Below are positions 21,004 through 31,027 of a stretch of DNA of 64,000 nt, piece by piece. The translations under genes were made by a program, and so were the position numbers. This DNA is from a bacterium (GTDB lineage Bacteria; DUMJ01), in the NCBI GenBank assembly GCA_049970495.1, contig JBMFMV010000001.1, forward strand, positions 45,425 to 109,424. The letters are read 5' to 3'. Every line of letters starts with the position of its first letter. The stretch's first letter is position 1. The notes under the pieces are model-generated. The model saw only the letters and a program-made list of their open reading frames with translations. It was not told where the DNA came from and did no database searches.

Positions 21004-22383
21004 ATGAAGTTTTACGTAAAAAGGTTGTCTGTAGCTCTTTTAATGCTTATCTTCCTATTTTCTCTCCAGAGCACTGCAATCTCAGCTGTTCCAAGGGTGA
21101 AGTATGTTATAGTTATGATTGCTGATGGGGCTGGGATGGCCCATTTAGGTGCAGCACATTACTTTAATAGACTTCTACTAGATGAAGAATTCACCATAAC
21201 AGAGAAGTTGTTTAATAAAGGTAAGCTTGGTATTGTAACAACTTATGCCCTTAATTCCTTAGTTCCTGACTCTGCCGCTTCTGGAACTGCTATAGCTACA
21301 GGTAAAAAGACTAACAATAATATGATATCTATGCTTCCTGATGGGACACCAGTGAAAACCGTTATGGAGAGAGCCATTGAGTTAGGTTATAAGACTGGTC
21401 TTATAGCCAAAAGTACTATTACAGACGCTACACCAGCTGTTTTTGCTTCTCATGTTACACATAGGAGTCTCCAGGATCAAATAGCTGTTCAGTATCTAGA
21501 AAAAAGAATTGACGTTATCCTAGGAGGAGGAAAGGCCTATTGGATCTCAGCTAGTAGTCCAGCAAGTAGTAGAAAAGACGAGAGAGACCTAATACTAGAG
21601 GCAAAAAATCTAGGCTATAACATAGTATCTAACCTAAGTGAACTAGAAGGTGTCAAGTCAGGTAAAGTCTTAGGTTTATTCTCTAGTGGGAATATGCCAT
21701 TTAGACTAGACGCAGACCCAACAGTTATACCATCACTTAAAGAGATGACAGAAAAGGCTATAGAACTTTTATACGAAAACAGTAAAGGATTTTTCCTTAT
21801 GGTAGAAGGTAGTAGAGTTGACCATGCCTCTCATAACAATGATATAGCTAGTGTAATAGCAGAATTACGTGAGTTTGATGAGGCAGTAAGAGTTGCTTTG
21901 GATTTTTACAATAAACATCCGAGAGAGACTCTTCTTATAGTAACTACAGACCATGATAACGGAGGCCTTTCTATCACTTCAGGCTATGATACCTCAGGTA
22001 AAGGTAGATACCCTACAGTAGAAGACCTAAATAGAATATTCTTAGTGCCATTTTCCTTTGAAAGGGCTAAGTCTGTGGTAGAGAAAGAGGGTGTAGAAAA
22101 ACTCTTTAATGAGCACTACACAGGAGAATTAAGGATCCCACAAGAGTGGATGGAGAGATTAACATCCAATAAACCTATCACTCCTACTCTCAACAGTCCA
22201 TTCTATGCAAGTCTTGGGGCTGGATTTTCCGCAGTATATATGACTGCTTGGGCTACAAATGACCACACTGCTACGCCTGTCTGGGTTGTCTCTCTTGGTC
22301 CTGGAAGTTATAGACTCAGTGGTTTTATAGACCAAACAGAGATAGGTAAGACTATATTTAGAATGTTAGGAGAAATAAGATAG
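21004..22383 (+). CDS. phoA: Alkaline phosphatase (PhoA family), secreted
   Basis: Signal peptide; IADGAG, PDSAASGTA catalytic Ser, ATPA, VEGSRVDHASH, TDHDNG. Confidence 0.92.
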   Translation: MKFYVKRLSVALLMLIFLFSLQSTAISAVPRVKYVIVMIADGAGMAHLGAAHYFNRLLLDEEFTITEKLFNKGKLGIVTTYALNSLVPDSAASGTAIATGKKTNNNMISMLPDGTPVKTVMERAIELGYKTGLIAKSTITDATPAVFASHVTHRSLQDQIAVQYLEKRIDVILGGGKAYWISASSPASSRKDERDLILEAKNLGYNIVSNLSELEGVKSGKVLGLFSSGNMPFRLDADPTVIPSLKEMTEKAIELLYENSKGFFLMVEGSRVDHASHNNDIASVIAELREFDEAVRVALDFYNKHPRETLLIVTTDHDNGGLSITSGYDTSGKGRYPTVEDLNRIFLVPFSFERAKSVVEKEGVEKLFNEHYTGELRIPQEWMERLTSNKPITPTLNSPFYASLGAGFSAVYMTAWATNDHTATPVWVVSLGPGSYRLSGFIDQTEIGKTIFRMLGEIR

Positions 22384-22386
22384 GAG

Positions 22387-23238
22387 GTGAAGAAGATGTT
22401 AAAGAGACTATTAGCAATATTTTCGATTGGGTTATTACTACTTAGTAGCCAGATAGCCTATGCCACAATAGTAAAAGGGAGGGTTACAGTTAAGGGTTCA
22501 GACACAATGGTAATTATGGTTCAGAGATTAGCAGAAGAATATATGACAAAGTTTAGAGGAAAGGTAATACAAATATCTGGTGGTGGTAGTGGGGTAGGAA
22601 TCGCAGCATTAATAAATAGGACTACAGATATCGCTAACGCTTCTAGACCAATTAAGGATGTAGAGAAAAATGCTATTAAAAAGGCTTGGGGGAAAGACCC
22701 TAAAGAGTTCAAGGTAGCGCTAGATGGTATCACAATATACGTAAATCCTGATAATCCTCTAAAGGAGATCACCTTAGATCAGTTAAAGGACATATTTACC
22801 GGGAAAATTACCAGCTGGAAAGACCTTGGATGGGAGGATAAACCTATAATAGTTTATACAAGGGAAAATAGCTCAGGCACATATGTATTCTTTAAGGAGC
22901 ATGTTCTTAAAAATCAGGACTATACGAGTAAGGCTCAGAGTATGCCAGGAACAGCATCAGTGGTAAATGCAGTATCTAAGGAAAAGTATAGCATAGGATA
23001 TGGTGGAATTGCTTATGCAAAGGGAGTTAAAATATTAGCAGTGAAAAAAGATAAGGATTCTCCAGCATATCTACCAATAGAAGAGAACATCAAAAAGGCG
23101 GTGTATCCTATAAGTAGATACCTATACATGTATACCTGTGAGTATGACGATCCTGAAGTAAAGGCTTTCATAGATTGGGTTCTTTCCGATGAGGGACAAA
23201 GAGTTGTCCTAGAAGTAGGTTATTTCCCTATAAAATAG
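22387..23238 (+). CDS. pstS: Phosphate ABC transporter substrate-binding protein
   Basis: KGSDTM, GGGSGVG, NASR, RENSSGT, YPISRYL. Confidence 0.92.
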   Translation: MKKMLKRLLAIFSIGLLLLSSQIAYATIVKGRVTVKGSDTMVIMVQRLAEEYMTKFRGKVIQISGGGSGVGIAALINRTTDIANASRPIKDVEKNAIKKAWGKDPKEFKVALDGITIYVNPDNPLKEITLDQLKDIFTGKITSWKDLGWEDKPIIVYTRENSSGTYVFFKEHVLKNQDYTSKAQSMPGTASVVNAVSKEKYSIGYGGIAYAKGVKILAVKKDKDSPAYLPIEENIKKAVYPISRYLYMYTCEYDDPEVKAFIDWVLSDEGQRVVLEVGYFPIK

Positions 23239-23250
23239 TTTTATATTTAG

Positions 23251-23281
23251 AAAAGCTCCCCAATTTCAAGGGGAGCTTTTT
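23251..23281. terminator. Bidirectional rho-independent terminator
   Basis: AAAAGCTCCCC-8 nt-GGGGAGCTTTT between convergent genes. Confidence 0.85.
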
Positions 23282-23304
23282 ATTTCTTAACCTATCCCAT
23301 TAGC

Positions 23305-24891
23305 TTAAAACAAGAATTTTTCTATTTTCCCTTCTAAAAATCTATAGATATACCTTCCCTTTTCCAAGATATCCTCTTTTACAAGCCTTTCTATGTCAAA
23401 ATAAAATATACCTATCTTTTGGCTTCTAAATATCTCTCTAGACTGTATCTTCTTAAAAGCCCTTATAATATCCTTCTCCTCACTCGAGAATACCAATTCT
23501 TCCGGCAGATAATCTTCTGGATGGATACTTAGAACATCAAATCTGAATAGATTCTTCAGGATCTCATAATCCTCTATAAGCCTGAGGTTTAAAAGGGATT
23601 TATATAAATCACTTATAAAGTCTCTAGTATTTTTTCTACAATCAACCTTATAGCTTAATCTCTCAAAGACCTCTGAAGGGGAAAATTTCCTAAAAATATA
23701 TCTTAAAGTCCAATACAGATTCTTCCTGTTATAAAGTCTATCCAACAATGTCTCCATCCTCTTTAACCTATAGATCTCCCTATATGATATAAACTTATTA
23801 GAGAGCACTTCATAAGGAGGAAAAGTGTAATATTCATAATTATAGACTTCAGCTTCGTTTCTTATCCTTGTCCCCTTTAGCAATTTTAAAAATCCTAACT
23901 GAACCTCATCGGCAAAATAAAAGATGGTCTTATCTAAAGACTTCTTAAACCCTTCAAAGCCCTCATAGGGCAGTCCAGCTATCAAGTCTAGATGAAGGAA
24001 ACACTTCTTCTCTTCTAAGAGCTTCTTTATATTTCTATCTAGTCTTTCTAAATCGACAAAACCTCTTCCTATAGCCTTAAGAGTATCGCTTTTAAAACTC
24101 TGAATCCCCATCTCAAGTCTAAATAAACCTTCTTTAGAAGCATTTAGAGTAGATATTATATCTTCATCTAATAGAGAAGGTTCAATCTCAAGATGAACTT
24201 GCGTTTCCTTAGAGTATCTTTTACAGAACTCTATTATCTCTATAGCCCTGGCTTTATCTATGTTAAATGTCCTGTCAACAAATTTTAAAAGTCTCACCCT
24301 ATTATCAAAGAAAAACTTAATATCGTCAAAGACCTTTTCCATTGGTGCAAATCTAACCTTTTTATCTAATGAAGATAGGCAATAGAAGCAGTTAAATGGG
24401 CATCCTCTACTTGTCTCATAATAATATATCTTATTGACATCTATCTTCTCATCTTTATATGGGAAAGGGAGTTTTTCCATATCAAAGTACTGGTAGTCTC
24501 TACAAATAAATTCTCTGTTTTCTGAGATAGCTTTACAAAATTCCACAAAGAAAGGTTCGCCTTCACCTCTTACTATAAAATCCACATACTGCCAATCTTT
24601 CAATTCATCAAAATATACCTCCGGTCCTCCTAGAATAATCTTTACATCTTTTAGAACTTTTCTAATCCCTTCTACAAGCCTCCTCACATAGAGGGCATTC
24701 CATATATAAACAGATATAGCTATATATTTTGGTTTCTCTTCTACTATCCTAAAGAGGACATCATTTAAGTCTTGATTAATATTAAACTCCAAAAACTTAC
24801 AGGGATATATCTCTTTACAGAGGTGATAAAAGTATCTAATTGCAATATTAGTATGGATATACTTGGCATTTATCCCTACAAATAAAAGCAT
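23305..24891 (-). CDS. B12-binding-domain radical SAM protein (DUF4080-type C-terminus)
   Basis: SVYIWN/LGGPEV B12-binding domain; ETSRGCPFNCFYC CxxxCxxC; PPYEVL. Confidence 0.88.
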   Translation of the reverse strand: MLLFVGINAKYIHTNIAIRYFYHLCKEIYPCKFLEFNINQDLNDVLFRIVEEKPKYIAISVYIWNALYVRRLVEGIRKVLKDVKIILGGPEVYFDELKDWQYVDFIVRGEGEPFFVEFCKAISENREFICRDYQYFDMEKLPFPYKDEKIDVNKIYYYETSRGCPFNCFYCLSSLDKKVRFAPMEKVFDDIKFFFDNRVRLLKFVDRTFNIDKARAIEIIEFCKRYSKETQVHLEIEPSLLDEDIISTLNASKEGLFRLEMGIQSFKSDTLKAIGRGFVDLERLDRNIKKLLEEKKCFLHLDLIAGLPYEGFEGFKKSLDKTIFYFADEVQLGFLKLLKGTRIRNEAEVYNYEYYTFPPYEVLSNKFISYREIYRLKRMETLLDRLYNRKNLYWTLRYIFRKFSPSEVFERLSYKVDCRKNTRDFISDLYKSLLNLRLIEDYEILKNLFRFDVLSIHPEDYLPEELVFSSEEKDIIRAFKKIQSREIFRSQKIGIFYFDIERLVKEDILEKGRYIYRFLEGKIEKFLF

Positions 24892-24895
24892 CTGC

Positions 24896-25075
24896 CTATT
24901 TCTTCTTAACTAGGAAAATAACTAAACCGGCAAGCCCTATGCCTGAAAGTAGAGCCAGGACATCTACCACAAATGTAGCAGTACCTGGCTCTAGAAAGAA
25001 GAGTAGTCCACCAGAAACTAAGATAACAAATATCGCTATCCTAAATACCCCTAAACCTATATATGGATCTATCAT
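24896..25075 (-). CDS. 59-aa two-TM small membrane protein (missed by ORF track)
   Basis: ATG overlaps the upstream ATPase stop (ATGA); MIDPYIGLGVFRIAIFVILVSGGLLFFLEPGTATFVVDVLALLSGIGLAGLVIFLVKKK; fills the intergenic gap. Confidence 0.8.
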   Translation of the reverse strand: MIDPYIGLGVFRIAIFVILVSGGLLFFLEPGTATFVVDVLALLSGIGLAGLVIFLVKKK

Positions 25076-26073
25076 TTTCCTCTAAATAAGAAACAGGATA
25101 CATAATGGTCTTTTTCGGGTTCATACATATCGGGCACTTCCTTATCACAGGTTCCTTCTATCCAGAATGGACATCTAGGATTAAAAGTACAACCTGGAGG
25201 CAGATTAAGAAGACTAGGTATATCTAAACTTCTCAACTGCATAGGCTTCTTACTCCTAGTAACCTGAGGGTCTGCCTCTGGGATAGCCATAAGCAGAGCC
25301 TTTGTATAAGGATGTAGAGGATTTTCTATCACTCTAGGCGTAGGTCCTATCTCTACAATCCTTCCAAGATACATAACCGCAATCCTACCTTCCCATCCAA
25401 AATATTTAGCCATTGCAAGGTCATGTGTTATGAATAAGAATGTGACATTCATCTCTTCTTTGAGACGTCTCAATAGTTCTATAATACTAAGTCTTATAGA
25501 TACATCTAGCATAGAGACTGCCTCATCTGCTACAATAAATCTTGGATTTAGTGTTAGAGAACGTGCTATAACTACCCTCTGTCTCTGCCCTCCACTTAGC
25601 TGGTGTGGATATTTATATATAAAATCTCTCGGCGGGGTAAGGTCTACCCTATCCAAAAGTTCAAGAACCCTTTCTTCTGCCTCGTCTTTATTTTTTACTA
25701 TACCGTGCCTAAATAGAGGGGCACTCAAGATATTGAATATCCTGTGGACAGGATTTAAAGAAGAATAAGGGTCTTGATGTATAATCTGAACAGCCTTTCT
25801 ATAATTCTTAAACTCATCCTTATTCATACTCCATATGTCTTTTCCTTCGAATAATATCCTGCCCGAAGTAGGCTTTATTAATCCAACAATAAGTTTTCCG
25901 GTAGTCGTCTTCCCACAACCACTCTCACCAACTAAACAGAGGACCTCTCCTTTATGTATGGATAGGGAGAGGTCTCCTATAACCTGCATATACTTCTTTC
26001 CCCCAAAGATACTACTTCTAACTGTAAAGGATTTGCTTATATGGTCAAGTTGTATAATAGCCCTATCTTCCAT
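25072..26073 (-). CDS. Oligopeptide/oligosaccharide ABC ATPase (OppF-like)
   Basis: GESGCGKT, LSGGQRQ, ADEA, HPYT, C-terminal Cys cluster. Confidence 0.92.
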   Translation of the reverse strand: MEDRAIIQLDHISKSFTVRSSIFGGKKYMQVIGDLSLSIHKGEVLCLVGESGCGKTTTGKLIVGLIKPTSGRILFEGKDIWSMNKDEFKNYRKAVQIIHQDPYSSLNPVHRIFNILSAPLFRHGIVKNKDEAEERVLELLDRVDLTPPRDFIYKYPHQLSGGQRQRVVIARSLTLNPRFIVADEAVSMLDVSIRLSIIELLRRLKEEMNVTFLFITHDLAMAKYFGWEGRIAVMYLGRIVEIGPTPRVIENPLHPYTKALLMAIPEADPQVTRSKKPMQLRSLDIPSLLNLPPGCTFNPRCPFWIEGTCDKEVPDMYEPEKDHYVSCFLFRGK

Positions 26074-27055
26074 TGTTGATCTCCTTATATCTAAAACATG
26101 CTACAAAATGTTCTGGACCCACCTCTATTAATATAGGCTCAGATTCTTCACATCTCGACTCCTTATACTCACACCTAGGTGCAAATTTACACCCTGGCGA
26201 AAGGTTTATAAGGTCTGGAGGTGAGCCGGGAATAGAGTAAAGCTCTCTAAAACCTGCAGTTACAGTAGGGACAGCCTTTATAAGCCCAAGGGTATACGGA
26301 TGTTTTGGACGATAGAAGATATCTTCTACACTACCAAGTTCTACTATAGCCCCAGCATACATAACCGCCACCCTATCTGCCAATTCTGCAGCCAGAGAAA
26401 GATCATGGGATATAAATATCATCGAAAGTCCCATATCTGCCTTGATGATCCTTAAAAGTTCAATAATATTCCTCTGGGTGAGTATATCTAGAGCGGTTGT
26501 TGGCTCGTCTAAGATAAGTACCTTAGGCTCTAATAATAGACTCATAGCGATAAGAACCCTTTGTCTCATACCACCACTTAGCTCATGTGGGTATGAGTTT
26601 ATAACACGTTCCGGATCTAGCTGAACATATCTCAAAAGTGATACAGCTCTATCCCTGACAAAACCTCTATTACTTATTCCATGAGCTTTTGCGGTATCAT
26701 ATATCTGATCCCATATCTTTAAGACTGGATTAAAGGAGTTTAATGCGGATTGAAAGACCATGGCAACTTCTTTCCACCTAAATTGTCTTAAATCTTTCTC
26801 ATTAAATTTACTTATATCATATTCGTTTCCATTTCCCCTATAAACAATTCTTCCATCTTTTATATATCCTGAGGAAGGGAGTAATCTTATAATTGCGGTT
26901 CCCAATGTTGTTTTCCCCGATCCGCTTTCTCCTATTAGCGCCAAATTCTCTCCCTTATAGAGCTTTAGATTTACTCCTCTTACAGCCTTTACCTTTCCCC
27001 TTATATTAGAATACTCAACAAAGAGATTTTCTACATTTAAAATTTCTTTAGTCAA
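26063..27055 (-). CDS. Oligopeptide/oligosaccharide ABC ATPase (OppD-like)
   Basis: GESGSGKT, LSGGMRQR, LDEPTTALD. Confidence 0.92.
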   Translation of the reverse strand: MTKEILNVENLFVEYSNIRGKVKAVRGVNLKLYKGENLALIGESGSGKTTLGTAIIRLLPSSGYIKDGRIVYRGNGNEYDISKFNEKDLRQFRWKEVAMVFQSALNSFNPVLKIWDQIYDTAKAHGISNRGFVRDRAVSLLRYVQLDPERVINSYPHELSGGMRQRVLIAMSLLLEPKVLILDEPTTALDILTQRNIIELLRIIKADMGLSMIFISHDLSLAAELADRVAVMYAGAIVELGSVEDIFYRPKHPYTLGLIKAVPTVTAGFRELYSIPGSPPDLINLSPGCKFAPRCEYKESRCEESEPILIEVGPEHFVACFRYKEINNGR

Positions 27056-27056
27056 T

Positions 27057-27932
27057 CTACTCTCCCGCCCTTAATCTTGGATTGAATATACCTTCTAGTG
27101 ACCTAGTGAAAGTCACTGCAGACCACTGGAATAGCGCTATAGCTATTATTGGTGATAGGATATAAAAAATACTCCCCTTATAGAATATAGCACCTCTAGT
27201 CCAGGCTAGTTGAATCATAAGACCCCAATTATGACCATAAAAGGGAACAAGACCAAGTATTATTAACCCCACCTGACTGTACACCGCCCCTGTCATTGCC
27301 ATAATGAGGCTTATAACTATATAGCTCAGCATATTGGGAAGGATTTCAGAGAATATTATATGCATTCTCCCAAGGTCCAAGACCCTTGCAGCTTCTATGT
27401 AATCTCTCTCCTTTATTGAGAGAACCTGAGATCTGATTGCTCTTGCAAGGGCGGGCCAACCAAGGAAACCAATAATAAATGCCAACATAGTGGGATTGGT
27501 AAGCCTTACAAATGCTGCTAATACAGCCAAGAGTGGAAACTGTGGGATTGTAAGGATTATCTCAGTTATAAACATAATAAAAGTATCTGTAAAACCTCCT
27601 GCATATGCGCTCAATGAGCCTAAACTTACCGCTATTAATGTAGAGATAAGACCTGCTAGGAATGCCACTATTATAACATCTTTACCACCGTTGACTATCT
27701 GCGAGAATATATCTCTCCCCTGATTATCTGTGCCTAGGATATGCTCTCTCGATGGAAACTGGTATATCTTGTCGAGTTTCACCTCTGTATCTAGTTTTAT
27801 AAAATACGGTCCGATAAAAGAGAGTAATAATATGAACAAGAGGAAAATAAAGCCAACAAGTCCTGCCTTATCTCTAGAGATAATAATCAGAGGTTCTAGA
27901 AATATTCTTCTTAAGAGATTTTTAGCACTCAT
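27057..27932 (-). CDS. ABC permease (OppC-like)
   Basis: LGTDNQGRD, YIEAARVLD EAA loop. Confidence 0.9.
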   Translation of the reverse strand: MSAKNLLRRIFLEPLIIISRDKAGLVGFIFLLFILLLSFIGPYFIKLDTEVKLDKIYQFPSREHILGTDNQGRDIFSQIVNGGKDVIIVAFLAGLISTLIAVSLGSLSAYAGGFTDTFIMFITEIILTIPQFPLLAVLAAFVRLTNPTMLAFIIGFLGWPALARAIRSQVLSIKERDYIEAARVLDLGRMHIIFSEILPNMLSYIVISLIMAMTGAVYSQVGLIILGLVPFYGHNWGLMIQLAWTRGAIFYKGSIFYILSPIIAIALFQWSAVTFTRSLEGIFNPRLRAGE

Positions 27933-28960
27933 TATTCTCCTCCTATCTTTATGCGGGGGTCTAATTTTGAGTAGAGTAAGTCAGCAATGAAGTTTGCCAC
28001 TATAACAGCAATAGTAATTATTAAAAATACCGCCTGCATAACAGGGTAATCCCTCTGAGCTATACTAGCACCCAAAGCCCAACCAATACCTTTATATACG
28101 AATATACTCTCTATTAAAGCAGAACCTCCCATAAGAAACCCCATCTGCATAGTCAAACTAGTGAATAGTGGAAGAAGCGCATTCCTACCCACATAGGCGA
28201 ATGTTATACGACTCTCAGGGAGTCCTCTAGCCTTTGCTACCGTTACATAATCTTCTCCTAAAGTATTAAGGGTACTACTCTTCATACTCAACGTCCATCC
28301 ACCGACAGTACTGACTACATAGGTCATGATTGGTAAGAGTGCATGTGAGAATATATCTTTTATAAATATCCATGTAAACCCTGGCTTTATACCTGGAGAA
28401 ACCGTCCCCCTCATAGCGCTTACTGGTATTAGACCAAGTTGTACACCTATAATGATGAGTAAGAGTATACCGATCAAATAGTTTGGTATAGCGCTCAATA
28501 TTGCTGCAATAGTCGACATAACATGATCAAATATACTTCCCCTCTTGTAAGCGGAGATCATACCTAGCGTGATACCCAATGAAAAACTTATAAGTATAGA
28601 GATGCCAACACTAAAGATAGTCCAAGGTAGATAGGCAGCAATCATCAAAGATACAGGGGTTCCCTGAGAGAGGAAAGAAACTCCAAAGTCTCCCCTCAAT
28701 AGATTTCTCATATAGATTACATACTGCTTAGAGAGCGGTGCATTTAGGTCTATTGAGAATAATGCAGCTGCTTGGTTCTTTGCATCCTGAAAGCTCATCC
28801 CATATTGAGACATAAGCTGGCCTATATATATCTCTATTGGATTTCCTGGCATAAGTCTGATGATAAAAAATGTCAATGTTGCAACTATAAAGATAGTCAA
28901 AATCGCCCTTACAACTCTAAGGAATATGTAATTAGAGAGAAGTTTTTTAACTTTGCTCAA
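27932..28960 (-). CDS. ABC permease (OppB-like)
   Basis: MPGNP, GDFGVS, DYVTVAKARGL, RDYP, LDPRI. Confidence 0.9.
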   Translation of the reverse strand: MSKVKKLLSNYIFLRVVRAILTIFIVATLTFFIIRLMPGNPIEIYIGQLMSQYGMSFQDAKNQAAALFSIDLNAPLSKQYVIYMRNLLRGDFGVSFLSQGTPVSLMIAAYLPWTIFSVGISILISFSLGITLGMISAYKRGSIFDHVMSTIAAILSAIPNYLIGILLLIIIGVQLGLIPVSAMRGTVSPGIKPGFTWIFIKDIFSHALLPIMTYVVSTVGGWTLSMKSSTLNTLGEDYVTVAKARGLPESRITFAYVGRNALLPLFTSLTMQMGFLMGGSALIESIFVYKGIGWALGASIAQRDYPVMQAVFLIITIAVIVANFIADLLYSKLDPRIKIGGE

Positions 28961-28990
28961 TTTTCTTACCCTCCTAGACTGATAAAATTA

Positions 28991-29015
28991 GGGGACGTCT
29001 CAAAGAGACGTCCCC
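28991..29015 (-). terminator. Intra-operon hairpin after SBP gene (partial terminator / mRNA stabiliser)
   Basis: GGGGACGTCTC-AAA-GAGACGTCCCC; weak U tract on minus strand. Confidence 0.65.
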
Positions 29016-29032
29016 ATAATATCCTTGTTTTG

Positions 29033-30766
29033 TTATTTAGTCACAGGTTTTAATGTTCCATTAAGTATCATTATTGTAACGAAGTTATCAGCATATGGGC
29101 TGTTCTTATAGATTGGGTCTCCTTCTTTAGGCCAGTTGGTTACTCTTACACCATCTAGCGATGGATTGTTTCCATATCTCTCCCAGAGTGGAACAATTGG
29201 CAGTAACTCGTTGAATGCAAGTGCTAGTTTCTCTACAATCTTCTTCTGCTGCAATACATCATAACCTTCAGCACTCTGTGTAACAAGTTTATCTAGATCT
29301 ACCTTACCTACAGACTTGGTAGTCTGAACAAGTGGGAAGTTCATTCCAGGACCTAGTCCACTCGGGTAGTTATATGTAATTAGGTCTGTATAGTAGGAGA
29401 AATGAGCATGAGGATGTGCAGAACCCCAACCAGCTATAGCCATCTGGAATCTTCCTGCTCTTACTTCAGTAGGATGCTGAGCATAAGTGATACCACGTAC
29501 AGTAGTCTTTATTCCAAACTTCGTTAACTGTTCAGCAGCGTTTTCTGCTGCAGCAGACCAGTCTGCAAATTCTGCTGGTACTAATAATTCATATTCCATC
29601 TTGTTCCCTTTATCAGTTACCCAGATACCATCTGCACCTTTCTTAAATCCAAGACCAGTTAGTATCTTTGCTGCTAGATCAGGGTTGTAATCATACTTAT
29701 TTAATCTCTTCATTACTGCTTCAGATAACCACTGTGGGACTAAGTTATCACTCAGACCGGTCATATAGATCTGTCTCTTAGCAGAGTCACCTAGGGATAC
29801 AAAGGCGTTTTCTTCTTTCTTAATTGCATAGGCTATAGCCTGTCTAACCTCTTTTAGATTGAACGGATAGATATTGTGGTTAAAGTATATTGCTGGACCA
29901 GAGTATATTGGAGGTCTTATAATCCTTATACCCATCTGTATAAATTGCTTTTCTGTAGCTGGTGGGAATCCATGAGTAGCATAATCTACCTCTTTAGCCA
30001 TAACCAGAGGAGTTACTACTGGGGTTTCTCCATTATAAATCTTGAGCTTATCAAACTGGATCTTCTCGGCATCCCAGTATCCATCGAATTTAGTAAGGGT
30101 TATCTCTGATTCAGTAAGATTCTTGGGATCTAAGATGAATGGGCCAGTACCAATCATCCTTTCTGGTCTGAACTGATCAAACTCTGCCCTAAGTTTTTTC
30201 ATCTCATCAGAGTCAGCCTTTTTACCTTGGTTAAGAAGAGCTATAACCTGGCTTGCATATTTCCCATATACTGCATCGGAACGAATTTGTGTCCTAAGGA
30301 CATATCTCTCTAAGACCATAGGGGCACACACCACTGCCATATGGAAGTCTACTGTGTAATCATCTACAGCTGTTACCTTATCTATGTATCTCCAAATAGC
30401 CCAGTTATAGAGATATCCAAGATAGAATGTAGTAACTACATCTTTAGCGGTAAATGTCTTACCATCTTGCCACTTTACACCCTTTCTCAGATATACTCTA
30501 AATGTATTTGTTTTCCTATTAAGACTCCACTTCGTTGCCAAAAGTGGCATCCATTTACCACTAGCCCAGAGATACATTGCTAGAGGCTGTTCTATAAGAT
30601 CATAATATATCCCTAAAGTGATAGCATTAGTTGCATACGAATTGAAATGACCAACTGGAGGTGGAGTATATGGCCAGGCCCCATTGAACTGTCCTGCTGC
30701 AATAGCAGAAGAAACTAAGCTAACCACTAATAACAAACTAAATAGACTTAATACTATCTTTTTCAT
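29033..30766 (-). CDS. Family-5 ABC substrate-binding protein, probably oligosaccharide-binding
   Basis: Signal peptide (AIA), LRKGVKWQDG, GTGPF, VRQAIAYAI. Confidence 0.88.
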   Translation of the reverse strand: MKKIVLSLFSLLLVVSLVSSAIAAGQFNGAWPYTPPPVGHFNSYATNAITLGIYYDLIEQPLAMYLWASGKWMPLLATKWSLNRKTNTFRVYLRKGVKWQDGKTFTAKDVVTTFYLGYLYNWAIWRYIDKVTAVDDYTVDFHMAVVCAPMVLERYVLRTQIRSDAVYGKYASQVIALLNQGKKADSDEMKKLRAEFDQFRPERMIGTGPFILDPKNLTESEITLTKFDGYWDAEKIQFDKLKIYNGETPVVTPLVMAKEVDYATHGFPPATEKQFIQMGIRIIRPPIYSGPAIYFNHNIYPFNLKEVRQAIAYAIKKEENAFVSLGDSAKRQIYMTGLSDNLVPQWLSEAVMKRLNKYDYNPDLAAKILTGLGFKKGADGIWVTDKGNKMEYELLVPAEFADWSAAAENAAEQLTKFGIKTTVRGITYAQHPTEVRAGRFQMAIAGWGSAHPHAHFSYYTDLITYNYPSGLGPGMNFPLVQTTKSVGKVDLDKLVTQSAEGYDVLQQKKIVEKLALAFNELLPIVPLWERYGNNPSLDGVRVTNWPKEGDPIYKNSPYADNFVTIMILNGTLKPVTK

Positions 30767-30903
30767 AAAATCCCTCCTTCTTTATGTTATTAACTTCTCC
30801 CCTTCATATTACCTCACGATGAAAAATAAACCTTTTTATAGTGTCTCCACCAGATTATCTCCCGGTATCACCTCCTCATTACCCGAGATCAAACACCACT
30901 CTA

Positions 30904-30933
30904 AGTATACCACAAGAATAGAGAAAGCTTCAA
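30904..30933 (-). promoter_or_regulatory. Sigma70 promoter of the ABC operon
   Basis: Minus strand TTGAAG-17 bp-TATACT with TG extension. Confidence 0.65.
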
Positions 30934-30988
30934 GTATGGGATGACTCTAGTGATTGATTGCTTAAGGGTTAAAGTCCCTCGTGATGAT

Positions 30989-31012
30989 GAAGGGGATATT
31001 GGAGTCCCCTTC
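30989..31012 (-). terminator. Hairpin downstream of ThuA-Gfo gene
   Basis: GAAGGGGA-8 nt-TCCCCTTC. Confidence 0.5.
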
Positions 31013-31027
31013 GTTCCCAAAATTTAA

